A stretch of DNA of 64,000 bases, from the NCBI GenBank assembly GCA_041917295.1, contig JAYRXX010000073.1, positions 15,244 through 79,243 on the forward strand, in the 5' to 3' direction. Of this stretch, positions 28,390 to 37,976 are shown piece after piece (position 1 is the stretch's first letter; each line of letters starts with the position of its first letter). This DNA is from Elusimicrobiota bacterium. GTDB taxonomy: Bacteria > Elusimicrobiota > Elusimicrobia > FEN-1173. The notes under the pieces were generated by a model. The model made no database searches and was not told where the DNA came from. It worked only from the letters and a program-made list of their open reading frames with translations. The translations under genes were made by a program, and so were the position numbers.

Positions 28390-28435
28390 GATGTACTCGG
28401 TTGTTACATCATGTTACCACATCGGTTAATCTGGG

Positions 28436-29371
28436 GTGCCCGTGATTGACGTTCGCGGATTGGTTAAAACCTATGGGTCCACTGTGGCGGTGAGGGGCCT
28501 TTCGTTTCAAATCCGTCCGGGCGAAGTTGTGGGATTGCTGGGCCCCAACGGCGCAGGAAAAACCACCACCCTTCGTGTCTTGACCGGCTACGTGCCGCCC
28601 TCCCGCGGGACTGTCACTCTGGACGGTGTGAACATCCTTGCAAACCCGATGGAAATCCGCCGACGGGTGGGATACCTCTCGGAAACCAACCCGCTTTACG
28701 AATCCCTTAATGTATGGGAAACCCTCCGCCTGTTCGCCCAACTGCGCCTGGGAAACATTTCCGCCGCCTCGGATCGGATTGACGATGTGGCCCGTCGGTG
28801 TTCCCTTGTGGACGTCATGCACAAGGATGTGGGCGAACTGTCCAAGGGATACCGGCAACGGTTGGGCTTGGCCTTGGCCATCCTCCACGATCCGGACATT
28901 TTAATCTTAGACGAGCCCACCTCGGCTCTGGATCCCCGCCAACAACAAGACGTGCGCGATTTGATTGTTTGTCTGAAGGAAAAAAAGACCGTTTTGTTGT
29001 CCACCCACATATTGCCTGAAGCCCAACGCCTGTGCGATCGCATTCTTATCCTCAATCAGGGCCGCCTGGCCGCCGAGGGAACCCTGGACCAGCTCCGTCA
29101 AAAGTTAAGCGGAGGCGGCGCGCTTTATGTTCGCTTCAAAGGACCGACTGATTTGCTGATGCCCCGTTTGACGGCCATGCCCGGCGTCCATGCGGTTCAC
29201 CGCACAGACGAGGAAGAACCCGGTTGCCCGGGATTTGAGTTGGCCGTTGAACACGACATCCGCGCCGACCTCAATGGCCTGGCGGCGGAGTTGGGATGCC
29301 CCCTGCTTGAACTGCGCCGTCCGACCGCCGCCCTCGACGACATTTTTCGGCAAGCGACCAAAACCCCATGA
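28436..29371 (+). CDS. ABC transporter ATP-binding protein (GldA-like, ABC-2 type). GTG start.
   Basis: Walker A GPNGAGKTT, signature LSKGYRQRL, Walker B ILILDEPTSALD. Confidence 0.85.
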   Translation: MPVIDVRGLVKTYGSTVAVRGLSFQIRPGEVVGLLGPNGAGKTTTLRVLTGYVPPSRGTVTLDGVNILANPMEIRRRVGYLSETNPLYESLNVWETLRLFAQLRLGNISAASDRIDDVARRCSLVDVMHKDVGELSKGYRQRLGLALAILHDPDILILDEPTSALDPRQQQDVRDLIVCLKEKKTVLLSTHILPEAQRLCDRILILNQGRLAAEGTLDQLRQKLSGGGALYVRFKGPTDLLMPRLTAMPGVHAVHRTDEEEPGCPGFELAVEHDIRADLNGLAAELGCPLLELRRPTAALDDIFRQATKTP

Positions 29372-30084
29372 CCGTGACCCGTGTTCTGTGGGTGGCCCGA
29401 AAAGAATGGAAAGAAACATTCAATTCACCCATGCCCTACATTGTTCTGACGCTCTTTTTCTTGCTGACAGGGTGGTTTTTTACCAATTCTCTTTTTCTGG
29501 AAGGGAAAGCGTCGTTGGACGGGTTCTTTGGGCCGCTCTCGTTGATCTTGTCCATCTTCATGCCGGCGTTCACCCTGCGTCTGTTCGCCGACGAGTTTAA
29601 GTCCGGCACCATTGAAACCTTGGCCACCTTGCCACTGACGGACGGCGACATTGTGGGCGGTAAATTTGCCGCGGCCTTGGCGGTGTGGTCGGTGGGGGTT
29701 CTGTTGTCTCTCTATTATTTAATGTTGTTGGTCGTCATCGGTCCGCCGGACGTGGGCCAAATGGCGGCGGGGTACGGGGGGCTGTTTTTGCTCGGCGGAT
29801 TTTTTGCGTCGCTGGGGCTGTTGGGATCGTCGTTTACGCGAAGCCCGGTGGTGGCGTTTTTGTGGGGCTTTTTGTTGTGTTTTTCTTTTTATCTGTTGGG
29901 TCCGGCGTCCACCTACGTGCCGGGCCTCACGGGCCAGATCCTTTCTTTTTTAAGCGTCGATCGCCATTTCGAGAATTTCCTGAAAGGCGTGGTGGATTCC
30001 CGGGACGTGCTCTTTTTCGTTTCCGGAACGGGGATCGCGCTGGGCGCCACATGGGTGCGGTTGCGGGCGTGGAGAAACCGTTGA
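29368..30084 (+). CDS. ABC-2 family transporter permease (GldF-like)
   Basis: 6-TM permease. 4-nt overlap with the upstream ATPase gene. Confidence 0.75.
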   Translation: MTVTRVLWVARKEWKETFNSPMPYIVLTLFFLLTGWFFTNSLFLEGKASLDGFFGPLSLILSIFMPAFTLRLFADEFKSGTIETLATLPLTDGDIVGGKFAAALAVWSVGVLLSLYYLMLLVVIGPPDVGQMAAGYGGLFLLGGFFASLGLLGSSFTRSPVVAFLWGFLLCFSFYLLGPASTYVPGLTGQILSFLSVDRHFENFLKGVVDSRDVLFFVSGTGIALGATWVRLRAWRNR

Positions 30085-31658
30085 CGTCCCCGGGCTCAGC
30101 GGGAAAGCGCGGGGGAGCGGCCCCCTTGGCGGTGGGAGCCGGAATTGTCGTATTGGCCGCATTGAATTTTTTGGGGGACCGTTATTTCGCTCGTTGGGAT
30201 TTGACCTCCGATCGCCGTTATTCGCTGTCTTCCTCCACCCGCGCTCTGCTCGCGTCGTTGACGGACACCGTTCATGTTCGTTTTTATTTGACGCCGGGTT
30301 TGCCTCAGCCGTATGAAACCCACGGCCGGTTCGTTCGCGATTTGCTGGGGGAATACCTTCGGGCCGCCCGCGGGCGAATGGTCCTTGAACAGATCGCCCC
30401 CGATGGATCCGACGACATGGACCGGGAGTTTCGGCGATTGCACATGGCCCCCGCCCGGTTCACTCAGGTGGCGTCGGATCAGTATCAGGTTCGGGAAGGC
30501 CACATGGGCCTCGTTTTGCGATACAAAGGCAAAGAAGAGGTGTTGGCGTTCGTGAACAACGTGGACACCCTGGAATACGAATTGTCCAGCCGAGTCCGAA
30601 GTTTGATTCAACCGGAGAAAAAAAACCTTTTCTTTATTTCCAATCACAACGAAGTGTCCCCCAACCACATCAAGGAAGGACCGGCGGGCCGGCTGTTTGA
30701 CGAATTCCATGTGGAACCGACGCGTTTGTCCAAGGAAGACCCCGGCTTGCGTCCCGACGCAATTTTTCTGTTGGGCCCCCAGACGGCCCTGTCGGAAGAC
30801 GAGTTGGACATGCTGGACCAGTACATCTCGTCGGGCGTTCCGACGGTGGTGGCGCTCAATCGGCGGGTTGTGTTTCCAAGCAATTTCCGATCCATGGCCC
30901 AAGCCACGGGGCTGGAATCCTTTCTCGAACATTACGGGGTTCGGGTGGACCGGGACTTTGTGATGGACGCCCAGTGCAGCAACATCGCCATCCGATCGGC
31001 CAACGGACCGTTTCTCGTCAAATATTTTCCGTTCATTTTGTCCAACAACTTGGACCGGACCCACCGGGCCCTTTCACACATCGATGTCTTGGGATTTCCG
31101 TTTGCCAGCCCGCTTCAGTCAACGCTTGCGCCCGGGGCGTCCTTGAGCTGGACGGTGTTGGCTCGATCCTCGCTCCAAAGCTGGGTCTGGCCCGGCCTTT
31201 ACAATGTGGACCCGCCCAGCCTTCAAAAACAATGGGAATCCGATCCGCCCACGGACTTCGCCGCCGGTCGAGAGAGAGACAGGGGCCCCTTTGCGCTGGC
31301 CGTGATGGTGGAAGGATCCACCGTTTCGTTTCGCGCGCCCCATCGCCCAGCGCCGTCGATTAAGTTGGTGGTGATGGGCACGTCGTTTTTTGCCAATCCC
31401 CAGGTCCCGAACCCGGACGGAAACGCCCTGTTCATATTATCCCTGGCTCAAACACTGACGCGCGGAGAGCACGATTTGGCCATCCCCCCCAAAAGTTCTC
31501 CGTACCGACCGTTAAAACCCCTGTCGGCCTCCCTGCGATTTCTTGTCAAAATGGCCGGCTATTTTGGCGTTCCCGGCATTGTGATTATGGCAGGCCTGGC
31601 TCATTGGCTTAACCGGCGAAACCAAAGAAACCGCCTTCAACGCCGATACACCGTCTAA
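30051..31658 (+). CDS. GldG-like ABC-transport auxiliary component, with N- and C-terminal TM anchors
   Basis: N-terminal TM helix, then DLTSDRRYSLSSSTRALLASL..VHVRFYLT as in the GldG family, then a C-terminal TM helix. Start uncertain (ATG at 30051 overlaps the permease by 34 nt). Confidence 0.7.
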   Translation: MGAVAGVEKPLTSPGSAGKRGGAAPLAVGAGIVVLAALNFLGDRYFARWDLTSDRRYSLSSSTRALLASLTDTVHVRFYLTPGLPQPYETHGRFVRDLLGEYLRAARGRMVLEQIAPDGSDDMDREFRRLHMAPARFTQVASDQYQVREGHMGLVLRYKGKEEVLAFVNNVDTLEYELSSRVRSLIQPEKKNLFFISNHNEVSPNHIKEGPAGRLFDEFHVEPTRLSKEDPGLRPDAIFLLGPQTALSEDELDMLDQYISSGVPTVVALNRRVVFPSNFRSMAQATGLESFLEHYGVRVDRDFVMDAQCSNIAIRSANGPFLVKYFPFILSNNLDRTHRALSHIDVLGFPFASPLQSTLAPGASLSWTVLARSSLQSWVWPGLYNVDPPSLQKQWESDPPTDFAAGRERDRGPFALAVMVEGSTVSFRAPHRPAPSIKLVVMGTSFFANPQVPNPDGNALFILSLAQTLTRGEHDLAIPPKSSPYRPLKPLSASLRFLVKMAGYFGVPGIVIMAGLAHWLNRRNQRNRLQRRYTV

Positions 31659-31757
31659 GAAACGACCGGCATTTCCGCCCACGGACCTTGCCAGACGACT
31701 CCGTCCCCTCTCTGGCAACAAGTTTTTTAATAATCCTTATAGTCTAAACACCCTTCA

Positions 31758-31786
31758 TTGACAGGAGGCTGAATCTGCTGTATATT
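31758..31786 (+). promoter_or_regulatory. Sigma70-like promoter (TTGACA-17nt-TATATT) ending 7 nt before the receiver-protein ATG
   Basis: TTGACA at 31758-31763, a 17-nt spacer, TATATT at 31781-31786, ATG at 31794, no SD. Confidence 0.55.
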
Positions 31787-31793
31787 TGAACCA

Positions 31794-32294
31794 ATGGACA
31801 AACCGCGCCTGCTGATCGTGGAAGACACGGAGGTTACGCAAATGGTCTTGCGGACCCAGTTTGAATCCCTGGGTTGCGAAGTGGCCCTTTGCGGGTCCGC
31901 GGAACAAGCGTGGACCCATCTTCAAACCGCGCCGATTCCCCACGCGATTATCTTGGATTTCCAATTGCCCGGCGAAGATGGCCCCACCTTTTTCCGCCGG
32001 TTGGCGTTCGATCCGCGGTTCAAATCGATTCCGGTGGTTCCGTTCACCTCCTTGCTTAGCCAGCAGGAAAACACGAACTACGACAAGGTGTTTTCGTTTG
32101 TGGCCAGCCGAAGCACCGATTCGCAAAGCGCCGCGCACCCCATGGTCGAGAAAAAAGACGGTCAAGCCGTTGAAATTCCCCCCGCGTTAATTTTGTCGGT
32201 GGGCCACGCGTTTCATCGATCGGGCCAACCCCTTCCTCCCGAACTGCGCAAATCCATGCGCGCCCTGGCCCAAGCCCTTTCCGAAACCAGCTAA
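31794..32294 (+). CDS. Single-domain CheY-like response-regulator receiver protein with a C-terminal extension
   Basis: LLIVEDTE...IILDFQLPGEDG (phospho-acceptor Asp)...K. There is no output domain. Confidence 0.75.
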   Translation: MDKPRLLIVEDTEVTQMVLRTQFESLGCEVALCGSAEQAWTHLQTAPIPHAIILDFQLPGEDGPTFFRRLAFDPRFKSIPVVPFTSLLSQQENTNYDKVFSFVASRSTDSQSAAHPMVEKKDGQAVEIPPALILSVGHAFHRSGQPLPPELRKSMRALAQALSETS

Positions 32295-32360
32295 GGGGTC
32301 CAAAACGCCGTTTTTGTTGGAAATGTAGTACAATCGCGCGAGAGAAACGGCCCTGTCCCC

Positions 32361-32996
32361 ATGTCCATTGGAACCCTGTTCGTCCTTTCGGCGCCTTCCG
32401 GCGCCGGGAAATCGACTCTTTGCCACGCGTTGGCTCAACGGCGGGGGGATGTGCGCTTGTCGGTTTCGTGTACCACCCGTCCCCCAAGGGCCGGAGAACG
32501 GGACGGGGTGGATTATTATTTTTTGACTGAGCCGGATTTTCGATCGAAGTTGGATCGCGGCGAATTGCTTGAATGGGCCCAGGTCCACGGACATCTTTAC
32601 GGAACCCCCAAAGCACCGATCGATTCTTTAAGGGCCCAGGGATATAACGTGGTTCTTAACATCGACACCGCGGGCGCCCATTCGATTAAAAAGCTGTTTA
32701 ACGACTGCGTCTTGATTTTTGTGTCCCCGCCGTCTTGGAAGGCTTTGGAAGAACGTCTGCGCCGCCGCAATCAGGACGACGAAGCCACCATTCAGCGTCG
32801 GTTGGCCAACGCCCACGCCGAAGCGGCTCAGGTGCCCTTCTACGATTATTTGGTCGTCAACGATCGGCTGGAACGAGCTCTGGACGATTTGTGCTCGATC
32901 GTTCGGGCCGAAACGTGTCGGGTCCGTCGGCTTCACCTGGAACCAGACGGATTGCCCAGATTGGGATTTGAAAGAGGAGGAGAACCCCGTGACTAA
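32361..32996 (+). CDS. gmk: Guanylate kinase
   Basis: P-loop SAPSGAGKST and the conserved TTRPPR and YYF motifs. Confidence 0.92.
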   Translation: MSIGTLFVLSAPSGAGKSTLCHALAQRRGDVRLSVSCTTRPPRAGERDGVDYYFLTEPDFRSKLDRGELLEWAQVHGHLYGTPKAPIDSLRAQGYNVVLNIDTAGAHSIKKLFNDCVLIFVSPPSWKALEERLRRRNQDDEATIQRRLANAHAEAAQVPFYDYLVVNDRLERALDDLCSIVRAETCRVRRLHLEPDGLPRLGFERGGEPRD

Positions 32997-33342
32997 AAAA
33001 ACAGAAGCCGCCGTTGAAACGCCCGTGAACATCGACGCCCCGCTTAGCCAATTGTTGCTCACCGTCAACCAAGACAAGTATCGCATGATTTCTCTTGTGA
33101 CGCGATGGGCGAAGGAAATTAAAACCCGCGATCAGTCCAACCTGCCCCCGCAAGAAATTTTGGCCCAATCCTTGCGCGAAATCCTGGGAAAGAAAGTGAC
33201 TCTGGACGAAATCGAAAAGTTGCCCCCGCCTCCCAAAACGGAGAAGAAAGAACTGGAGTTCACTTTTCCCACCATCAGCTTGAAAGACCTCTCCGCGGAC
33301 GACAAAGAACCCCCTGCGGAAAAACCGTCTTCCGAAAAATAA
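32989..33342 (+). CDS. rpoZ: DNA-directed RNA polymerase subunit omega (RpoZ-like) with an acidic/lysine-rich C-terminal tail
   Basis: Sits immediately downstream of gmk, which is a conserved synteny. KYRMISLVTRWAKEI resembles the omega core helix. GTG start with an AGGAGG SD 8 nt upstream. Confidence 0.6.
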   Translation: MTKKTEAAVETPVNIDAPLSQLLLTVNQDKYRMISLVTRWAKEIKTRDQSNLPPQEILAQSLREILGKKVTLDEIEKLPPPPKTEKKELEFTFPTISLKDLSADDKEPPAEKPSSEK

Positions 33343-33348
33343 ATCTCC

Positions 33349-33891
33349 ATGGATCCGTTGCGCGGTCGGCACATTGTGTTGGGTGTGGCCGGAAGCGTCG
33401 CCGCCTACAAAGCGGCCGACGTGGCCCGCCGATTAACGGCGGCCGGCGCCCAGGTCACCGCTGTCTTAACGGCGGGGGCCCAACGGTTCATAACCCCGCT
33501 CACGTTCACGGCCCTCACGGGCCGGCCGGCGCTCACCGACCCGTTCGACCTGCCGGCGGGGTCCATGCCCCATCTGGACCTGGCCAAAAACGCGGCGGCT
33601 GTGGTGGTCGCTCCGACATCGGCCAATGTGTTGGCTCGGCTTGCGGCCGGTTTGGCGGACGATTTGCTGACATCCGTTATTTTGGCCACCCGTGCGCCGG
33701 TGATTTTGGCCCCTGCCATGCACGAACCCATGTGGACTCACCCGGCTACCCAGCGCAACGCGGAAACGGTTCGAGGCTTCGGATATCAAATGGTGGGCCC
33801 CGAACGGGGCGCTCTGGCCAGCGGCGATCAGGGTCTTGGCCGAATGGCGGACCCGGACGTGATCGTTGATGCGTTAAGCCGTGCCTTGTAA
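33349..33891 (+). CDS. coaC: Phosphopantothenoylcysteine decarboxylase (CoaC flavoprotein domain)
   Basis: HIVLGVAGSVAAYKAADVARRL...PAMHEPMW flavoprotein motifs. Ends at TAA 33889-33891. Confidence 0.85.
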   Translation: MDPLRGRHIVLGVAGSVAAYKAADVARRLTAAGAQVTAVLTAGAQRFITPLTFTALTGRPALTDPFDLPAGSMPHLDLAKNAAAVVVAPTSANVLARLAAGLADDLLTSVILATRAPVILAPAMHEPMWTHPATQRNAETVRGFGYQMVGPERGALASGDQGLGRMADPDVIVDALSRAL

Positions 33892-34551
33892 TTGATTGTG
33901 AAGGACTGGAGCCGCCGACGTTTGGTGATCACCGCGGGGCCCACGCGGGAACACCTGGATCCGGTGCGGTACCTGTCAAACGAATCGTCCGGCCGAATGG
34001 GGTGGGCCCTGGCCGAATCCGCACACCGACGGGGCGCGCGGGTCACCCTGATAGCGGGCCCCACGTTTCTTCCGAACCCGCACGGGATCACCGTGAAACG
34101 GGTAATGAGCGCCCGTGACATGTTGGCGGCGACCCGCCTAGCGGCCCGCCGCGCCCACGCGGTGATCGGCGCCGCGGCCGTGGCCGACTGGCGGCCCCAG
34201 CGGGTTTCCCAAACCAAATTAAAAAAGGGGTCCGCCGCGCCGGTCATTCGGCTGGTGGCCAATCCCGACATTTTGGCCGCTCTCTTTAAAGAACGGCAGG
34301 GCCCGTTTCCGCGGCTGGCGGGGTTCGCCCTGGAGTCCGATAATCTCTTGGCCAACGCCCAAAAAAAAATGCGCCAAAAAGGGTTGGACCTGATCGTGGC
34401 CAATTCCCCCCGCGCCTTGGGCTCGGTCCGGACCCGGGCGATTTTGGTTCAGCCGGGCCGGACACCCCGCGCGTTTTCCGGAGACAAAAAAAATTTAGCG
34501 GACCGGATCTTAACGACCCTTTTGGAGGCCATCCAATCCCATGACCAATAA
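33892..34551 (+). CDS. coaB: Phosphopantothenate--cysteine ligase (CoaB domain). It begins at the TTG directly after the coaC stop, in the same frame.
   Basis: ITAGPTREHLDPVRYLSNESSGRMG and ANPDIL...K motifs of CoaB. Confidence 0.8.
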   Translation: MIVKDWSRRRLVITAGPTREHLDPVRYLSNESSGRMGWALAESAHRRGARVTLIAGPTFLPNPHGITVKRVMSARDMLAATRLAARRAHAVIGAAAVADWRPQRVSQTKLKKGSAAPVIRLVANPDILAALFKERQGPFPRLAGFALESDNLLANAQKKMRQKGLDLIVANSPRALGSVRTRAILVQPGRTPRAFSGDKKNLADRILTTLLEAIQSHDQ

Positions 34552-35350
34552 AGAAGAGTTGGCCGCGCTTACCTCCGCCGTGCGTCGCACCGTGGCGCAA
34601 AAACGATCCCGTTTCCTTTCCGGAAAAGGGATGGCTCCCGCGACAAAAAAATCAGCCGCTTCCCTTGCCTTTCCCCCCGCCCCGGTGGCGGCAGGGTCTG
34701 TTCTTGACGCGTTTGTGGACGACCCGTCCCTTTCGAAAGCGGATCGGTTGGCCCGATTGCAAAACCACATCGGCGATTGCCAACGGTGCCCGTTGGGTGC
34801 GTCGCGTATTCGCCTGGCGTTCGGCGTGGGCAACCCCGACGCGAAGGTGGTTTTCATCGGCGAAGGGCCGGGCTACGCGGAAGACCGCCAGGGGGAACCA
34901 TTCGTGGGCCCCGCCGGACAACTGCTCGACAAGATTCTCGCGGCCACCGGGTTGTCCCGATCACCGATGACCCCGCCGGCCAACTGGGTTTTCATCGCCA
35001 ACATGGTCAAGTGCCATCCCATGATCGACCCTTCCGACAACACAAAACGAGGCAACGACCGTCCCCCCACGCCCGAGGAAATGGCCGTGTGCGCCCCCTT
35101 CCTCTTCGCGCAGTTGCGCATCATTCAACCGAGGTTTTTGGTTGCGTTGGGCAACACGGCGGGGCGAGCCCTGTTAAAAACAGAGGAAGGCATCTCAAAA
35201 TTCCGGGGACGGTGGGTGGATTTCGCCATCGAGGGGTTGACCGCGCGGCTGTTGCCCACGTATCATCCCGCGGCGCTCTTGCGCAACCCGTCGCTCAAAA
35301 AAGATGTCTGGGAAGACATGAAAAGTCTTCGGGCCGCTCTCGATAAATAA
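34541..35350 (+). CDS. udg: Uracil-DNA glycosylase, family 4 (SPO1-polymerase-associated type)
   Basis: CQRCPL, GEGPGYAE..G.PFVGPAG, HPAALLR motifs. Confidence 0.85.
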   Translation: MTNKEELAALTSAVRRTVAQKRSRFLSGKGMAPATKKSAASLAFPPAPVAAGSVLDAFVDDPSLSKADRLARLQNHIGDCQRCPLGASRIRLAFGVGNPDAKVVFIGEGPGYAEDRQGEPFVGPAGQLLDKILAATGLSRSPMTPPANWVFIANMVKCHPMIDPSDNTKRGNDRPPTPEEMAVCAPFLFAQLRIIQPRFLVALGNTAGRALLKTEEGISKFRGRWVDFAIEGLTARLLPTYHPAALLRNPSLKKDVWEDMKSLRAALDK

Positions 35351-35351
35351 A

Positions 35352-37343
35352 TTGGACACGCGGCTGGCCGAAGTGGCGTTTGCGGTTCCCCTGGACCGTT
35401 TTTTTGATTACCGCATTCCGCCGGACCTGCACGGTGCCGTGTGTGTGGGCCAACGCGTCTGGGCGCCTTTTGGCAAACGGGCTCGGCGAATGGGTGTGGT
35501 GACTCGTTTGCATGAGCCGGAAGCCGGCGGGTTGCCCGCGGCCAAACTCAAAGACATTGACGCGTGTGTGGAACCCGAAGCTGTTTTGGATCCCCGGGAC
35601 ATGGCCCTGGCCCATTGGATGAGCCGGCGATATTCCTGTTCGCCCGGCGAAGCGCTGTTTACGGTTTTCCCGCTGGGCCAACGCAAACCGCCCCAACGAC
35701 CGGCCAAAGAACCCGTCCGCGCACGGGAAACCCCCACATCCTTTGAACCCACCGAGGGCCAAACAGCGGCGTTGGAACAAATTTTGCCCGCCCTGGCCGC
35801 GGGTGCGCATCGCCGCGTGCTGGTGCAAGGAGTGGCCGCGTCCGGCAAAACCGAGATTTACCGACGGGCTATTTCCGCGGCTCTCGATGGGGGCCGCGGG
35901 GCGTTGTTGTTGGTTCCTGAAATCGGATTGACCCCCCAAATGGAAGACCGACTTCGCGGATGGTTCGGAGACGCGTTGGAAGTCTGGCACAGTGAAATGG
36001 CCCTGGGCGACCGGTGGCGCGTGTGGCGGCGGGTTCGGGCAGGACAAGCCCGGGTGGTGGTGGGTCCCCGATCGGCGCTGTTTTTACCGGTAACGCCGTT
36101 GGGCCTGATCGTCATCGATGAAGAACACGACGCGTCTTACAAACAAGACAACGCCCCCCATTACCACGCCCGCGACACCGCGGAAGAAAAAGCCCGTCTG
36201 CACGGCGCGGTGTTGCTGTTGGGAAGCGCCACGCCTTCTTTGGAAACCCACGCCCGGGCCCAGTCCGGGGACATCGATCGCGTTGTCCTAACCCAACGGG
36301 TGGAAAACCGCCCGTTTCCTTCCGTGCGGCTGGTCGACCGACGCAACGAAGGCTGGTATTTTTCCGATCTCTTGGTGAACGCTTTGCGGGAACGGCTCGC
36401 CCGGGGAGAACAGTCGATGCTGTTCTTAAACCGCCGCGGCTACAGCACCCATGTGGAATGCCGGGCGTGCGGATGGGTGGCGCGATGCCCTGCTTGCCAG
36501 GTCAGCCTGGTTCTACACCGCGACAAAACGGGCCCGTCGCTTCGCTGCCACACCTGCGACCATATGGAGCCTTTGTTGGACAAATGCCCCACCTGCCGTG
36601 GCGAAGTATTAAAAATATCGGGCCGGGGCACCCAGCGGGTGGCGGCGGACGTGGCCGCGTTGTTTCCCACCGCGCGAATTTTTCGATGGGACCGCGACGC
36701 CGTTCGAGGCCGCCAGGGCCACGAGCAGGCTTACCGCGACGCGCTGAACGGAAAAATCGATATCATCGTGGGAACCCAAATGATCGTCCAGGGGCACGAT
36801 TTTCCCAATTTGACGTTGGTGGGGGTTTTGGACGCGGACCGGTCTTTGTCGTTTCCCGACTTCCGCGCGGCCGAACGAACATTTCAGTTGTTGATGCAAG
36901 TGGCCGGCCGCGCCGGCCGGGCCGACCGCCCGGGAGAAGTGCTGATACAAACATCCAACCCGGACCATTATGCCTTGCAAGCGGTCTTGGAACGGGACTA
37001 CGGGTCTTTTGCCCAACACGAATTAAATTATCGACGGGAAGCCGACTACCCTCCGTTCACCCGGGTGGTCCACGTCGTGATCCGTGCCCGCACCGAAACC
37101 GCCGCCGAAACCGCCGCGGAACAATTTGTGGAGTGGATTCAAAAACCGGTTCCCGCGCCGCACGGAACCGTGTTGGGACCCGCTCCCGCGTTTCATAAAA
37201 CGAAAGCGGGCTGGGCCCAATGGCAAGCCGTGATCAAAGCCCCGGCCGCGATTATAGACCGTTGGATCTGCCGCGCCCGCGATTACGCCCCACCGACCGG
37301 AACCACCCTCCACCTGGACGTGGACCCGGAAACCATGGCATAG
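35352..37343 (+). CDS. priA: Primosomal protein N' (replication restart helicase PriA). TTG start.
   Basis: Walker A GVAASGKTE, DEEHD (DExH), Zn-binding CxxC pairs (CRACGWVARCPACQ...CHTCDH...CPTCRG). Confidence 0.9.
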   Translation: MDTRLAEVAFAVPLDRFFDYRIPPDLHGAVCVGQRVWAPFGKRARRMGVVTRLHEPEAGGLPAAKLKDIDACVEPEAVLDPRDMALAHWMSRRYSCSPGEALFTVFPLGQRKPPQRPAKEPVRARETPTSFEPTEGQTAALEQILPALAAGAHRRVLVQGVAASGKTEIYRRAISAALDGGRGALLLVPEIGLTPQMEDRLRGWFGDALEVWHSEMALGDRWRVWRRVRAGQARVVVGPRSALFLPVTPLGLIVIDEEHDASYKQDNAPHYHARDTAEEKARLHGAVLLLGSATPSLETHARAQSGDIDRVVLTQRVENRPFPSVRLVDRRNEGWYFSDLLVNALRERLARGEQSMLFLNRRGYSTHVECRACGWVARCPACQVSLVLHRDKTGPSLRCHTCDHMEPLLDKCPTCRGEVLKISGRGTQRVAADVAALFPTARIFRWDRDAVRGRQGHEQAYRDALNGKIDIIVGTQMIVQGHDFPNLTLVGVLDADRSLSFPDFRAAERTFQLLMQVAGRAGRADRPGEVLIQTSNPDHYALQAVLERDYGSFAQHELNYRREADYPPFTRVVHVVIRARTETAAETAAEQFVEWIQKPVPAPHGTVLGPAPAFHKTKAGWAQWQAVIKAPAAIIDRWICRARDYAPPTGTTLHLDVDPETMA

Positions 37344-37382
37344 CTCCATTCGGGGTGATAGAAACCGTGTACCCCCGGCCGC

Positions 37383-37976
37383 TTACGCCTGGACAAGTTG
37401 GACAAGGACGGTGCGGGTTCCTCGTGGACCGGGGATGTGGGCCAACAGAAAACGCGTGGGCAACGAATTCCCCCCGGGGCCCGGCAACAAAATCAATCGA
37501 CCGCGCAAATGGCCTTTTAACTGGCCCACCTGGGCCGCGAAGGCGGCCACGTCGGTCACGCGAAATTCCACTTCCCCAAGCCCTTCTTTCCCTTCCGGTG
37601 TTTCCCCTTGAACGGGCCAGGCCGTTTCGCCCAAACACACCACGTCCACGCGACGATTGCGAAAATCAATAGTCAATTCCCGGCCGCCGTTTTCGATGTT
37701 TTGTTCCACCGCTCCGGGCCAGGCGGTTCGAATCCGGTCGTAGGTCGACGGCCCCACCAGCGCTCCGACAGCATCAAACGGGTCTTTGGGCGACACGAAA
37801 AAACGGGCCAGGTCCGGATCCTGCGTCATTAAACCGAACGCTTCCCACCCTCTTTTCTCACCCCGCGCGCACACCTCCTGGAACGCCGCCCACCGCAGAT
37901 CAATATTCTCATCCGCCAAGCGCAACACCAGGTCCCGCTCCGCCAACCGCCTGAGATCCAATGGTTTCGTTTTCAC
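37383..37976 (-). CDS. Hypothetical protein with a possible VOC/glyoxalase-like C-terminal half. Last gene of the cysH-cysQ operon.
   Basis: 197-aa ORF with a 4-nt overlap with cysQ. No confident family assignment. Confidence 0.4.
   Translation of the reverse strand: MKTKPLDLRRLAERDLVLRLADENIDLRWAAFQEVCARGEKRGWEAFGLMTQDPDLARFFVSPKDPFDAVGALVGPSTYDRIRTAWPGAVEQNIENGGRELTIDFRNRRVDVVCLGETAWPVQGETPEGKEGLGEVEFRVTDVAAFAAQVGQLKGHLRGRLILLPGPGGNSLPTRFLLAHIPGPRGTRTVLVQLVQA

Noticed and set aside
32295-32360. Terminator-like aaaacgccgtttttg upstream of gmk
   Set aside because: The complementary halves are separated by too short a loop to form a stable hairpin.
33889-33891. Alternative genetic code reading TAA as sense to fuse coaC and coaB
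   Set aside because: TAA terminates many other well-supported genes in the window (for example hemerythrin copy 2, phoU and the udg-family gene), so codon reassignment is not supported.
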